Positions 1 to 9,566 of a DNA stretch of 64,000 nt are shown here, in pieces. The notes below the pieces were generated by a model. The model was given only the letters and a program-made list of their open reading frames with translations. It ran no database searches and was not told where the DNA came from. The translations under genes were made by a program, and so were the position numbers. Each line of letters opens with the position of its first letter. The first letter of the stretch is position 1. Origin of the DNA: Nitrospinaceae bacterium (lineage in GTDB: Bacteria > Nitrospinota > Nitrospinia > Nitrospinales > Nitrospinaceae); NCBI GenBank assembly GCA_965237905.1, contig OZ250172.1:2336001-2400000 (forward strand), in the 5' to 3' direction.

Positions 1-1479
1 TTTTATAAAGCTCTCCAGGAGGTTTCCAAAGCCCGGGAGGAGGCCGACCGCCTGAGGGAATTCGCCGAGTCCTCCAATAAATCCAAAAGCATCTTTCTTT
101 CCGTCATGAGTCATGAGATTCGCACTCCCCTGAGCGTCATTTTGGGATATGCTCAAATCCTGCAAAGAGATCCTTTATTAAATTCAGAGCAAAAGGATTT
201 TGTCGGGAAAGTAGAAACCAGCGGGAATCATCTTCTCGAGCTGGTTAACGATCTTCTCGATATCTCCAAAATCGAAGCGGGTGAAGCAGTACTAAACTTA
301 ACCGACTTTGACCTTCATGAGCTTATTGATGGACTTGCGCTGATGTTCAGGAATCGATGTGAAACGAAGGACCTGAGATTCTCCTCGGAGGGAATGGGTG
401 AAAAGCCAATTTATGTTCATGGGGATGAAGGAAAACTGCGCCAGATCCTGGTTAATCTATTGGGGAATGCGGTTAAATTCACCGGCGAGGGAGAGGTGAC
501 TTTGACTCTGGAAAGCCAGCCGGATAACAAATTCAGGTTTACCGTCAGCGATACCGGAAACGGCATCCGCCCCGAGGATCAAGTCAATATCTTCGAACTG
601 TTCAAACAGGGAGATGAAGGGCTCAGTAAGGGAGGCACCGGATTGGGATTGGCGATTGCCTGGAAACTATCAGAGCTGATGAATGGAGAACTCTCCCTGG
701 AATCTGAAATTAATAAAGGTTCCCACTTTTCTTTTGCCTTGGAATTACAGCCTGCAAAAAATCCGGTTCCAGCGCGATCGAGAAGAAACCGCAAAGTGAA
801 AAGGCTGGCGGGAGGGGTGCACTTGAAAGCGTTGGTGGTTGATGATGTTGAAGTAAACCGAGTTATGCTGTGTAAGATTCTGAGATCCATCGGGGTTGAT
901 ATTATTGAAGCAGAAGATGGGCAAAAGGCGATTGAGAAGCTCAGGGAATTTGAGCCCGATATTATTTTTATGGACAAACATATGCCCGTCATGAGCGGAG
1001 AGGAAGCAACCAGGAGGATTTCTAAGAAATATGGGGCGGAGCGATTCAAAATCGTCGGTGTTACGGCCTCTGCACTTTCCCATGAGCAAGAAGTTATGTT
1101 AACTGCCGGATGCAGCGTTGTCATTGGTAAGCCTTTTCGAGTCGAGCAAATTTTTAAATGTATTCAAGATCTCCTGGGTGTGGAGTATGAATATGAAGAT
1201 GCCCGGAAAGATCAGAAAAAAAGTCCAAAGAAAACTTCGCCTCAATCGAATGAATTTTCTGATATGAATATTCCTGCCAAGATGTTCCTGGAATTTAAAG
1301 ATAGTATTGATAAGGGTGATTCCTCTGCATTGGAAAAACAGCTAGCCAACTTTGGCGCTTTGGGTGATAAAGAAAAACTCCTGGAAACGCGCCTTTCAGC
1401 TTTAGTCAAGGAAGACGATTTTGAAGGGATTTTGGATATATTGGAAAAAATTCCGGTGGTTGGGATCATGCATGACTAA
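1..1479 (+). CDS. Hybrid sensor histidine kinase/response regulator (HisKA-HATPase-REC), 5'-truncated by the window edge
   Basis: The frame is open from base 1 (FYKALQEVSKAREEAD...KSIFLSVMSHEIRTPL). It has an H-box (SHEIRTPL), N-box (QILVNLLGNAVKFT), G-boxes (DTGNGI, GGTGLGL) and a receiver domain (LVVDD...IFMD...KPF). Confidence 0.95.
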   Translation, partial: FYKALQEVSKAREEADRLREFAESSNKSKSIFLSVMSHEIRTPLSVILGYAQILQRDPLLNSEQKDFVGKVETSGNHLLELVNDLLDISKIEAGEAVLNLTDFDLHELIDGLALMFRNRCETKDLRFSSEGMGEKPIYVHGDEGKLRQILVNLLGNAVKFTGEGEVTLTLESQPDNKFRFTVSDTGNGIRPEDQVNIFELFKQGDEGLSKGGTGLGLAIAWKLSELMNGELSLESEINKGSHFSFALELQPAKNPVPARSRRNRKVKRLAGGVHLKALVVDDVEVNRVMLCKILRSIGVDIIEAEDGQKAIEKLREFEPDIIFMDKHMPVMSGEEATRRISKKYGAERFKIVGVTASALSHEQEVMLTAGCSVVIGKPFRVEQIFKCIQDLLGVEYEYEDARKDQKKSPKKTSPQSNEFSDMNIPAKMFLEFKDSIDKGDSSALEKQLANFGALGDKEKLLETRLSALVKEDDFEGILDILEKIPVVGIMHD

Positions 1480-1494
1480 AGAACAACACAGGTG

Positions 1495-3504
1495 TTACGC
1501 TTGCCAAAATAACCTGAGAATATTTTCATCTTCCAATGCAGAGATCACCATCACCAGCCACGCAGTTCCCGCCACTGACGAATTCCTGGAAAACTGATAA
1601 CGAAGATATTCCGTGGCATAGGGCAAGCCACCTTCTCTGTCCTGCAGTTTTACCATCGATTTTATTAATTCCACGGCTTGTTCATTTTTTTTCAATTTTA
1701 GATACGCCATGGCGACCCCTAAAGAGCCTTCAGGCCAAATCATGGGGAGGTCATTCCAGTTTTTCTCTGGAGCTTCAGGATAAAAGAGGGTGTTTAACTC
1801 GGTGTCTTCATAGAGAAGCAGGTCGGCGTAAGGTTTGTAGCCTTGATGTTGATTGGATTTGACAAGATAACCGGCAGTGGAATTTAATGATGTTAAGGCT
1901 TTGGATTCTTCCCCGACAGCCTGGAGAAATACCGCTCCCCATGAGGCGCAGTCGAGTGCCTTGGCAGGGTCGGCCCCGTCAAGGCGCTGGCCTCTATTGA
2001 GCTGACCGGTTTTCTCGTTCCAGGATTTTTTAACCATTGATTGCTTGAGGATATTTGCAGGAGACGCATACTTTTTTTCCCCGGTCAGTACGGCCAAGTC
2101 GCGCAGTAAAAAGTAAATATCAATATTATGCTCTATGCTGGCCCATTGGATGGAGCCGGGAATAAAATATTCCTCAATAGTATTGATCTCTTTGTTCCAT
2201 CGATAAGAATATCGGCCTTCCCCGCCTGTAAAGAAACCGTATCGGGGATCTGTTGGATCCGTGATCTGTCGCAAAAGGATTTTGTCAGCAATCGATTGGG
2301 CAAGCCTCAGATGGTTCATTGCTTCATTGTCCTGCTGAAGCAAATTCGGATTATCTGTCAACCGGGTTTTTAAATAAAAGGTGATGGCATAACCCAGCCA
2401 GGCAGAGGCTCCGCTACGCACGATGGCTCCGGCATGATCGTTTTTATTGGGCCAGGAGTTATGAGTATTAAAGGTAAACCAGAGATCATTATCCGGGGAA
2501 AGGACACGCGAGGAGGCTTCAATGATCCGTTCTGCCAGGCTATATTCCCCAACCATGGAAAACGCAATAACGGCCAAGGCATTGTCATAAAGAGAGGCCT
2601 TGCTGAAAACGTAGCGATAAACTTCCGAATCTTTGGGAACTTTGTAGCTGATTAAAAGATTTCTTCGGTCCTGAGCGGGTTCTTTAACAATGCTATTCGG
2701 AACGACCTGCGATTTGAGCCAGGCGACGGCCTTTTCCTTGTAGGGAGTCCATTCCGTGCGGACGGATTTTTTTTCCGAATCCACTTTTGAGAGGACGGGG
2801 GTAAATGTTTCGGCGACTTCACTCTTATTCAGGTTCACCTTCAATTCGGAGAGTTGCTTGATAAAATCGAGGGCACTCTTTTCAGCATCCTCCAGGGAGG
2901 GGTCAATGATAACGGACAAACGCAGCATGACCAGGCCATCGGTGATATTGCGGCGGGAATCGGGCCACAAATACCAGTACAACACGAGATGCTTTGTGTC
3001 CTCTTTTTCGACGACTGCGTAGCGTACTTGGAAAACTTCATTTCTTAAGCTTATGGATTTAAACCGTCTTTCTTCAACTTTCCAACCGTCTCCGATATAA
3101 CAGACCTCAGGCGTATGAAACTGGCTCTCGTTGGTGCCGTGTACGGCCATTAAGTAAATTGCCGCATTGGTTTTAGGATTCTTATAGAAACGGTGGTAAA
3201 GGATGTTGGGATCATTCGAATCCAGATTTTCACCTCCCCAGTCTCCGAGTTGAAATGGAATATTTTTCAGGTTCGGTTTGTAAAGATAATCCGTATTGGA
3301 AACGAATTTTCCTTCATGCGACGTTGAGAAGTAATGGGAGGTATCCGAAGTGAACTTATAAACTTTGGAAATGGAGGAATCCGCTTTGTGTGCGCCATCC
3401 CCCGTAGAGTTGCATTGGCTACAGCCAGCTCCCGTTGCGAATAACAGGCAACAAGACCAGAGGTAAAGGAAAAGACGCGATTTATTATTAAGCTTCTTTT
3501 GCAT
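1495..3504 (-). CDS. EpsI-family (exosortase-associated) domain fused to a putative (alpha/alpha)-barrel glycoside-hydrolase-like domain; possible lipoprotein
   Basis: EpsI-type motifs HTPEVCYIGDGW and LVLYWYLW..MLRLS. The C-terminal half is helical with SLYDNALA, SIEHNID, ALDCASWG, IWPEGS and SVAGTAW. The hydrophobic N-terminus ends in GAGC (lipobox-like). I prefer the ATG at 3504 to the ORF-track start at 3522. Confidence 0.75.
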   Translation of the reverse strand: MQKKLNNKSRLFLYLWSCCLLFATGAGCSQCNSTGDGAHKADSSISKVYKFTSDTSHYFSTSHEGKFVSNTDYLYKPNLKNIPFQLGDWGGENLDSNDPNILYHRFYKNPKTNAAIYLMAVHGTNESQFHTPEVCYIGDGWKVEERRFKSISLRNEVFQVRYAVVEKEDTKHLVLYWYLWPDSRRNITDGLVMLRLSVIIDPSLEDAEKSALDFIKQLSELKVNLNKSEVAETFTPVLSKVDSEKKSVRTEWTPYKEKAVAWLKSQVVPNSIVKEPAQDRRNLLISYKVPKDSEVYRYVFSKASLYDNALAVIAFSMVGEYSLAERIIEASSRVLSPDNDLWFTFNTHNSWPNKNDHAGAIVRSGASAWLGYAITFYLKTRLTDNPNLLQQDNEAMNHLRLAQSIADKILLRQITDPTDPRYGFFTGGEGRYSYRWNKEINTIEEYFIPGSIQWASIEHNIDIYFLLRDLAVLTGEKKYASPANILKQSMVKKSWNEKTGQLNRGQRLDGADPAKALDCASWGAVFLQAVGEESKALTSLNSTAGYLVKSNQHQGYKPYADLLLYEDTELNTLFYPEAPEKNWNDLPMIWPEGSLGVAMAYLKLKKNEQAVELIKSMVKLQDREGGLPYATEYLRYQFSRNSSVAGTAWLVMVISALEDENILRLFWQA

Positions 3505-4312
3505 GTGGACGATTAAATCCAAAGACGATTAAATACCAGGGGATAAATAATAAGATAAGAGTAAAGATAAAAAATATAATGTTGCCCGTATCATGCCAGA
3601 AATCGTGCGCGGCGGTGGCTCCGTAAGAGTTTGCCACGATGAACAATGTCACGATTCGAAGCAGGTTTCCCAACATCGCAGTTGGGACGATGAGAAGGTA
3701 TAAATAAATCTTTTTACACGATGAAGTCTTCGTAAAATAGACGATGGGAACCATCAGGGTCAAAAGAGCAATGAGTGACTGAATACCACTCGATGGCTCA
3801 CCGATTAAAAAAGTGGCATTCGGGAGATATACCGTGGCCCCTTCAGAACTGATCTGGTATCCAAAGATCTTCATAAGACCGGTTGAAAGGGCTGTCATGG
3901 CAAATTGAAGAAACGCGGTCAGTTCCGGCAGAAAAGGAATGGGGACCGCTATTATCGGGAACAACAACGGGAAGCGCAGGCGATGGGCCGGAATATAGTT
4001 TGAAAGCAGATAAACGATAGAGAGCAGGGTGAAAAAAATCGGGACCGTTTTCAGGTAATTGAGACCGGTCGTTATTCCAATGAGATATAAAACGATACTG
4101 GCTACCAGGAAATAAATCCAAAGATGGTTTTTGCCCTCGGTAGCTTTGGATTTTACAATCCTATGTACCGTCATGGCGATCGCCGCTAAAGCGACGACGA
4201 AGCCATGCTGGTAGTAGGGATTGACGATCCACGACTCAATCAACCAGCGCATCGGCTGGAAATAGGCAAACCCGCCACCCACCAGCAGAATCAGGGCTAA
4301 AGCAACCTTCAT
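3488..4312 (-). CDS. Exosortase/archaeosortase-family membrane protein (Ser at the catalytic Cys position)
   Basis: Multi-pass hydrophobic protein with PYYQHG, 'IGEPSSGIQSL' (canonical ..E-A-C-S-G..S-L), NLLRI (Arg) and FWHD (His). It lies next to an EpsI gene. Confidence 0.9.
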   Translation of the reverse strand: MKVALALILLVGGGFAYFQPMRWLIESWIVNPYYQHGFVVALAAIAMTVHRIVKSKATEGKNHLWIYFLVASIVLYLIGITTGLNYLKTVPIFFTLLSIVYLLSNYIPAHRLRFPLLFPIIAVPIPFLPELTAFLQFAMTALSTGLMKIFGYQISSEGATVYLPNATFLIGEPSSGIQSLIALLTLMVPIVYFTKTSSCKKIYLYLLIVPTAMLGNLLRIVTLFIVANSYGATAAHDFWHDTGNIIFFIFTLILLFIPWYLIVFGFNRPHAKEA

Positions 4313-4596
4313 GCTTTCAGGGCGGGTTTCTTATTCCGATTTCGTATTAGATAAACGATACCCCCTGATACCAAAATCAGGGCTAAACCACCGGGAATCA
4401 TATATCGAATGGGGAACTCGGAAACCGTCGGAGGCGGGCCACATTTGTTTCCTTGGCAAGTATGCCCAGGCTTATGATGTGCCTCGGCAACCGATACCAT
4501 GCCAATGGGCCCCAAGCTCAAGGCTGAAAATAAAACCGCCCCAAAAAATGCGGTCACAAGAACAAAATTGACTGGTTTTTCAAATAAACGTTTCAT
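4309..4596 (-). CDS. Small exported protein with a PEP/PEF-CTERM-like sorting tail (VSEFP-TM-basic)
   Basis: Signal peptide ending AEA, then HHKPGHTCQGNKCGPPPT, then VSEFP, a hydrophobic helix and RNRNKK. Its stop overlaps the exosortase start (ATGA). Confidence 0.8.
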   Translation of the reverse strand: MKRLFEKPVNFVLVTAFFGAVLFSALSLGPIGMVSVAEAHHKPGHTCQGNKCGPPPTVSEFPIRYMIPGGLALILVSGGIVYLIRNRNKKPALKA

Positions 4597-4599
4597 AGG

Positions 4600-5565
4600 T
4601 TATTCCTTCTTCTTATTCGGCGGCCTCAATTCCAATACCACCCCTAACGGATACAACCACTGCAATAAGGGGTCGATCGTGAGCGCCATTTCTCCTTCTA
4701 AAGCTACATTATTAGTATCAAGGTTCAATCGAAAAAGGTCAATATCCCAGAATTTGCCTGCCGAGCCATCCCAATCATCTTTACCGGAAATAGCCTTGCC
4801 ATTGAGGAGATTGCCCGATCCATTGCCCGCCCGACCGTGACCCCCAATAATCCCAATAGAACTCGGCTTCATGAAACCCTTTGGTAAATGCGATGTTAGG
4901 GAGAGGTCGTAGGTCTCGCCGGGCTTCAGAACCTGAAGCCCCGCCAGAAAAATCACAGAATGGGTTTCATCGCTATTCCGATCTTCTGTGACGATCAATA
5001 AAGCCCATCCTGCGACCGAATAAGGGTCCTTTCCGCCAGGATTCACCCCATCCGAGGATAGGTTTTTCACCCCGTACGAGCCATTGCCCGTGACATACTG
5101 GGTGACATCCGCCAGTGCCGAATAAAGGATTCCCGTGGAGTTTTTCTTCCAAATGCGTTGAGCGGTGATCCGGTGTTCCTTGTTTTTGGGTCCAAGGAAA
5201 TGGATCTTTCCTGCATTTTTATTTTGTTCTTTAACTTCCCCTGACCAAATAAGGAAAGCTTTTTTAATCGGCGAGGACACCTTTAGTGGAACGCGACTTA
5301 CCTTTTTTATCTTCTTTTCGATTAACAAACTTTCCCCAATAATTTTAAATCCCAACCCTCGCGACGTCTGGCTATAAGTTGTTTCAAAACCATTTAAAGG
5401 TTTATGATTTACGGAGGAAAACTCGGAAGCTGAGAGGGGTTGAGATAATATTAAAAGGATTGTAAGTTGCAAAAAACATAAAAGGCCGAGAGGAAGGCGC
5501 CGACAAAAATATATTTTCTTCTTATCACTTCGGGAGATTTGCTTTATTGGTTTGATCTGAAACAC
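4600..5565 (-). CDS. Exported hypothetical protein, DUF3344-like beta-rich domain
   Basis: N-terminal hydrophobic segment followed by IKKAFLIWSG, ADVTQYVTGNGSY and AGWALLIV motifs reminiscent of DUF3344. The start codon is uncertain. Confidence 0.6.
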   Translation of the reverse strand: MFQIKPIKQISRSDKKKIYFCRRLPLGLLCFLQLTILLILSQPLSASEFSSVNHKPLNGFETTYSQTSRGLGFKIIGESLLIEKKIKKVSRVPLKVSSPIKKAFLIWSGEVKEQNKNAGKIHFLGPKNKEHRITAQRIWKKNSTGILYSALADVTQYVTGNGSYGVKNLSSDGVNPGGKDPYSVAGWALLIVTEDRNSDETHSVIFLAGLQVLKPGETYDLSLTSHLPKGFMKPSSIGIIGGHGRAGNGSGNLLNGKAISGKDDWDGSAGKFWDIDLFRLNLDTNNVALEGEMALTIDPLLQWLYPLGVVLELRPPNKKKE

Positions 5566-7526
5566 TATAACCTCAGCGTAAAATAAGTCTGATAAGTCTG
5601 TGTGATATCATCGTCTTTCAGAGTTTCAATGGAAAATCTTGCATCAACCGTCCAGGAAATCCAATCCGCAATCTCCCAGGTAAAGAATAAGGTTGTCGTA
5701 TGCTCCAACGACTTGTCCAAAGAGTTATAGGTGATGATGTAATCCGTCTCAAGGTTTAACTTTTCTTTAATTTTGTGCTGAAAATTGATAAAAAAGCTGT
5801 TTAATGTTTGGGCTGGTTTGGAGAGATGTCGGAACTGGTATTCCAACTGGATCTTTTTATAGAAAGGGAGGAGGTATCTCGCACGTATCACATAATCCTC
5901 GCGGGTGTCCGTTACACTGGAAAAATCACGCAACGAGGGATTCAGCAATAAAGAAAGGTGTTCGGTGATGTCGACATCATAAGAAGCTGAATAAATATTT
6001 ATACTATCCACTTCCGCGTTGCCGGAACTGGAAAAGGTATTTATAAACAATTCTCTTGAAACGGACGCAGTGAAATAATGCTTTCCGGATCTTTTGGTTG
6101 CAAGAAAGAAACCAGCAAGGTCGGTTTCTGAACCGTTCAGGTTGAAGGCGTTATTTCCCTTGTTTTCGAATTGACTGACATCAGCCCTGAACCGCAATGA
6201 AAAATTCTGGGGCAATTTTTGTGTAAAACCAACGGACCCAATGTTTGCGCCGATGTTATAAAGGGTCGCATTATTCACTTTATTTACTTGTTTCTGGTCT
6301 GAGCGTTGGTAGCGCAACTGTAATTTGGATTTTGCGGAAAAACTGTAAAAATAATCCGCGGTTTCACGTAAATCCCTGAAAACAACGTCGCGCAAACCCG
6401 TGCTTGGGTCCGGCTTATCCCGAAACTCAAAAAAGTCAAAGCGGGTGATCAGTGCAGGCGCTTGGAATTTTTGCAGGCGGTCGAGGGCTTGCCGTGCTTC
6501 CACATCGTTAGGTTGAATTTTCAGAGCCCTCCGGTATAGCCGTTCGGACACATCCCACTGATCATCATAAAAATAGGTTCTTCCCAGCCCGACCAGAGCT
6601 TCGGTGTTTTCAGGGTCAATTTCCAGCGCCTGGTTGTAAAGTTTTATGGATTCTTCGGTGTTTTTCTGCCAACTGTAAACCCGTCCCAGAGTGATGTAGC
6701 TGGAAACATCCCCACGAAACAAAGCGATTGATTTTTGAAGTTCCGTGACCGAATCATCCAGCCGTGCCATCCAACTGTATAGTGTTCCCAGCATCGCGCG
6801 AATGTCCTGGCGATCCGGCGCCATGTCCCTTGCCCGCTCCAGATACTTGATGGCATCCTCATGATTTCCTTCGTGGCTGTATAAAATCCCAGTGCCAATA
6901 ATGGCTTCCAGGTTGTTGGGATCCTTTTCAAGAATTCTTGAATACAGCTGAATGCCTTCCTTTGTCTTTCGCATCCATTTATATGTGGTGGCCAATCCCT
7001 TAATGGCTTCCATATTGTCCGGATAAATAGCGATGAGCTTCTTGAAGTAATCCACGCTCACTTCGAATTTTCTCTGCCAGGCGGTGACTTGGCCAAGCAG
7101 GAACAGGACGTCAAAACGTTTGGGATACTTGGAAAGGAGTTTCTTGAGGCCCTCTTCAGCGGGGGCGTGCTCTCCCTGCCAAGCCCTCAAGCGCAGGAGG
7201 CCTATTTCGCCATCCGGGATATCGGGCCGTATATCGCCAACTTTTCGATAGATGGCGCCGGCTTCCTGATATTTCTTTTGCCAGCTCAGGACCGTTGCAA
7301 GGCCGGTTAAGGCTTCAATATCCTTGGGATTTTCCTTTATCAGTTGTTGGTAAATGGCCGCCGCCTCATCGTAATTTCCCTTCCAACTCGTTTCGCGTGC
7401 TTTAAGCATTAAGGTGTCGCGTTCAATGGCCCATGCAGGGGAAGAGAACAAACAAAGCAATAGTGTCAGGAAGATGAAAAAGAGAATAGGGCGGGTCCAG
7501 CTGCTTTCTTTATTCTTCTGATTCAT
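5565..7526 (-). CDS. TPR-repeat protein with C-terminal outer-membrane beta-barrel (PgaA/BcsC/YaiO-like polysaccharide exporter)
   Basis: Signal peptide ending AWA and about 9 TPR-like repeats (EALTGLATVLSWQ, EALVGLGRTYFY). The C-terminal half has amphipathic beta-strands ending YQTYFTLRL. The ATG at 7526 overlaps the upstream stop (ORF track starts at 7565). Confidence 0.8.
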   Translation of the reverse strand: MNQKNKESSWTRPILFFIFLTLLLCLFSSPAWAIERDTLMLKARETSWKGNYDEAAAIYQQLIKENPKDIEALTGLATVLSWQKKYQEAGAIYRKVGDIRPDIPDGEIGLLRLRAWQGEHAPAEEGLKKLLSKYPKRFDVLFLLGQVTAWQRKFEVSVDYFKKLIAIYPDNMEAIKGLATTYKWMRKTKEGIQLYSRILEKDPNNLEAIIGTGILYSHEGNHEDAIKYLERARDMAPDRQDIRAMLGTLYSWMARLDDSVTELQKSIALFRGDVSSYITLGRVYSWQKNTEESIKLYNQALEIDPENTEALVGLGRTYFYDDQWDVSERLYRRALKIQPNDVEARQALDRLQKFQAPALITRFDFFEFRDKPDPSTGLRDVVFRDLRETADYFYSFSAKSKLQLRYQRSDQKQVNKVNNATLYNIGANIGSVGFTQKLPQNFSLRFRADVSQFENKGNNAFNLNGSETDLAGFFLATKRSGKHYFTASVSRELFINTFSSSGNAEVDSINIYSASYDVDITEHLSLLLNPSLRDFSSVTDTREDYVIRARYLLPFYKKIQLEYQFRHLSKPAQTLNSFFINFQHKIKEKLNLETDYIITYNSLDKSLEHTTTLFFTWEIADWISWTVDARFSIETLKDDDITQTYQTYFTLRL

Positions 7527-9457
7527 TGCTCTACTCGAATTGATGGTTTTTGTTTTTCCAACCAAGGTCGATAGCTTTCATATGAATGGATGACAAAACC
7601 GTTAAAGCTGGAAAACCGGCAAAGCTCTTTTTCCGAGTGTCGCATGACCTCTTCTAAATCCTTTAGTTTTTTCTGGTCGAAGGTGAGCTTGCTGGAGGGC
7701 ACCGGAACTCGGCGTGTCTGGTGTAAAAAAAGGGCTCCCTGGGCATCAAGGGTTTTCCCTTTCGGGATAAAGGTAATCCGGATTTTTTGTGAATCGATGG
7801 CTTTGATCATAAGCTGGCTGCCTCCCCCCTTTGGACCAAAGTCATATATTGTTTCATCGGGCAGCCAAACAGTTTCCAGACCGATGAAAACTTTTTTGCC
7901 TTTTTTGGCGGCATACCTGAGTTCATTGATTCCATGCGCAATCACTCCATCGGCACCATAGGCGATCGTTCGATAATCCATGATGCCTACATTATCCACC
8001 ACATCGATAATCCGTTCGCTCACCGGACGACCTTCGAGGGTTGCCGCAGGCTCAAAAAATTCATTGAAGCCATCAAACCAAAATGGGATATCGACGCCAA
8101 AGGCGAGTCCTGCTTTCTGAGCGAGTACCTGGGATTTCTCCGCCAACTCAAGATATTCTTTCAGCACGCTTTCTTTATGGATCCCTCCAAATTGAGGCAA
8201 AAGGTAGGGTTCGTTGTCATAGCGGATTCCGTAAAAGCGCTCCTTGGGTGAAACCGTTTGATTGTATTGAATGATTTTTTGGAGTAGGCCGATGGATCGA
8301 CCATGCCATTCTTTTAAAGCAAATCGGGGGTCTCCATCAAGGGCGTGAACTCTGATGCCGGCCTGGTTTAACTTGGAAAGCAGGGGACGCATCCCCGCTG
8401 AATCCCAGAAAATCGTCCACCCCGTTCCCTTTTTTTCAGCTTCATAGGGGATCTGCACAAAAAGGTCGGTGAGCTGGTGTCTTTTGCAAAAATCCAGAAA
8501 TGTTTTCTGTTCTTCCAGATTCTTTATTATTTTTTCCGTCTCCCATAACCACATGGCCTTATTGGATGAACACGACTGAGCCTGATCATTCCTTGCGCTT
8601 GCAATAGCGACTCCCTTTTTCTTTGTAAAAGCCAGGTCCTTTATAAAAATCCGCCCCGAACCGTTGCCAGCGACCTGAAAAACAACGTTCGCAAGTTCTT
8701 TTCGGTTGATGCGGGCACTCAACCGGGAAAGAGGAACCCAGGCGGTTTGCCAATCCTTTTTCGCTTTTCCATGAGGTAAAAAGGAGGAGACCTCTCCTAT
8801 CAAAAATGAGTCTTCCTTTTTCTCCATGGCTCGGTCTGCCATCCGGAGCAGGATTTTTTCATTGCCTTGCTCGCCCCGGAACGAGAAGGTCAGATAAGCA
8901 AAGGGAGTGGCATCCAAAAAAACCTGCTTGGAAGGAGGCGTTTTAAAATCAAAAAGGTGAATCCAAAAACCTGAGAAGCCCGGAGGTTGGTTCTCAAAAT
9001 AATAAGTCAGCGCGGGTCTATCATCCGAAGTCTGGGTGATGGACACAGTGGACTTTGAGGGATGTCTTGCAAACCCGTTAAAGTAGCCCCCCAGCCGATT
9101 GATATTTCCCTGGTTAAAATGGCTCACCAAAAAATAATCCCCCTCAAAGGAAGGAACGCGGCCACGGGGTCCTGCCGGGGTTTTTAGGATTGGCTTGTGT
9201 TCGCGAATATCATAGAGGACGATTTCATCCCCATCCTTTTTATGCAGGATACCCAACGAAAGATGGCCAATCTGTGAGGGGTGGCTTACACCCCAGTCGG
9301 GCAGGGAAATGATTTTGGATGGAAAAGAGTGGGCCACGTGGTTTGAAAAGCACAGGTTGCAGGAAACTGAAAGAAGGCTGAAAGCAAGCATGAGGCGGTA
9401 ACGATCCATCAGCTTGGGAAATAAGAAAACTTTAGCTAAAAGTTTATGGTATCGCAT
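7523..9457 (-). CDS. Exported carbohydrate-binding-like domain plus TIM-barrel glycoside-hydrolase-like domain
   Basis: The N-half is beta-sandwich-like (FSGFWIHL, YLTFSFRG, WQTAWVPL). The C-half has AMWLWE, HALDGDP, GIRYDNEPY, DIPFWFD, IMDYR and IGLET. It sits between the synthase and exporter genes. Confidence 0.6.
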   Translation of the reverse strand: MRYHKLLAKVFLFPKLMDRYRLMLAFSLLSVSCNLCFSNHVAHSFPSKIISLPDWGVSHPSQIGHLSLGILHKKDGDEIVLYDIREHKPILKTPAGPRGRVPSFEGDYFLVSHFNQGNINRLGGYFNGFARHPSKSTVSITQTSDDRPALTYYFENQPPGFSGFWIHLFDFKTPPSKQVFLDATPFAYLTFSFRGEQGNEKILLRMADRAMEKKEDSFLIGEVSSFLPHGKAKKDWQTAWVPLSRLSARINRKELANVVFQVAGNGSGRIFIKDLAFTKKKGVAIASARNDQAQSCSSNKAMWLWETEKIIKNLEEQKTFLDFCKRHQLTDLFVQIPYEAEKKGTGWTIFWDSAGMRPLLSKLNQAGIRVHALDGDPRFALKEWHGRSIGLLQKIIQYNQTVSPKERFYGIRYDNEPYLLPQFGGIHKESVLKEYLELAEKSQVLAQKAGLAFGVDIPFWFDGFNEFFEPAATLEGRPVSERIIDVVDNVGIMDYRTIAYGADGVIAHGINELRYAAKKGKKVFIGLETVWLPDETIYDFGPKGGGSQLMIKAIDSQKIRITFIPKGKTLDAQGALFLHQTRRVPVPSSKLTFDQKKLKDLEEVMRHSEKELCRFSSFNGFVIHSYESYRPWLEKQKPSIRVEQ

Positions 9458-9566
9458 AATAAATTTAAGGAAACCTTAGACAAATAATCGTCTCATTAAA
9501 TGATCAGAAAATCGCGGGAAAAATCTTGGGAGGCATCCCTTTTTTGCTTAAGTCTTCCTGCGAATT

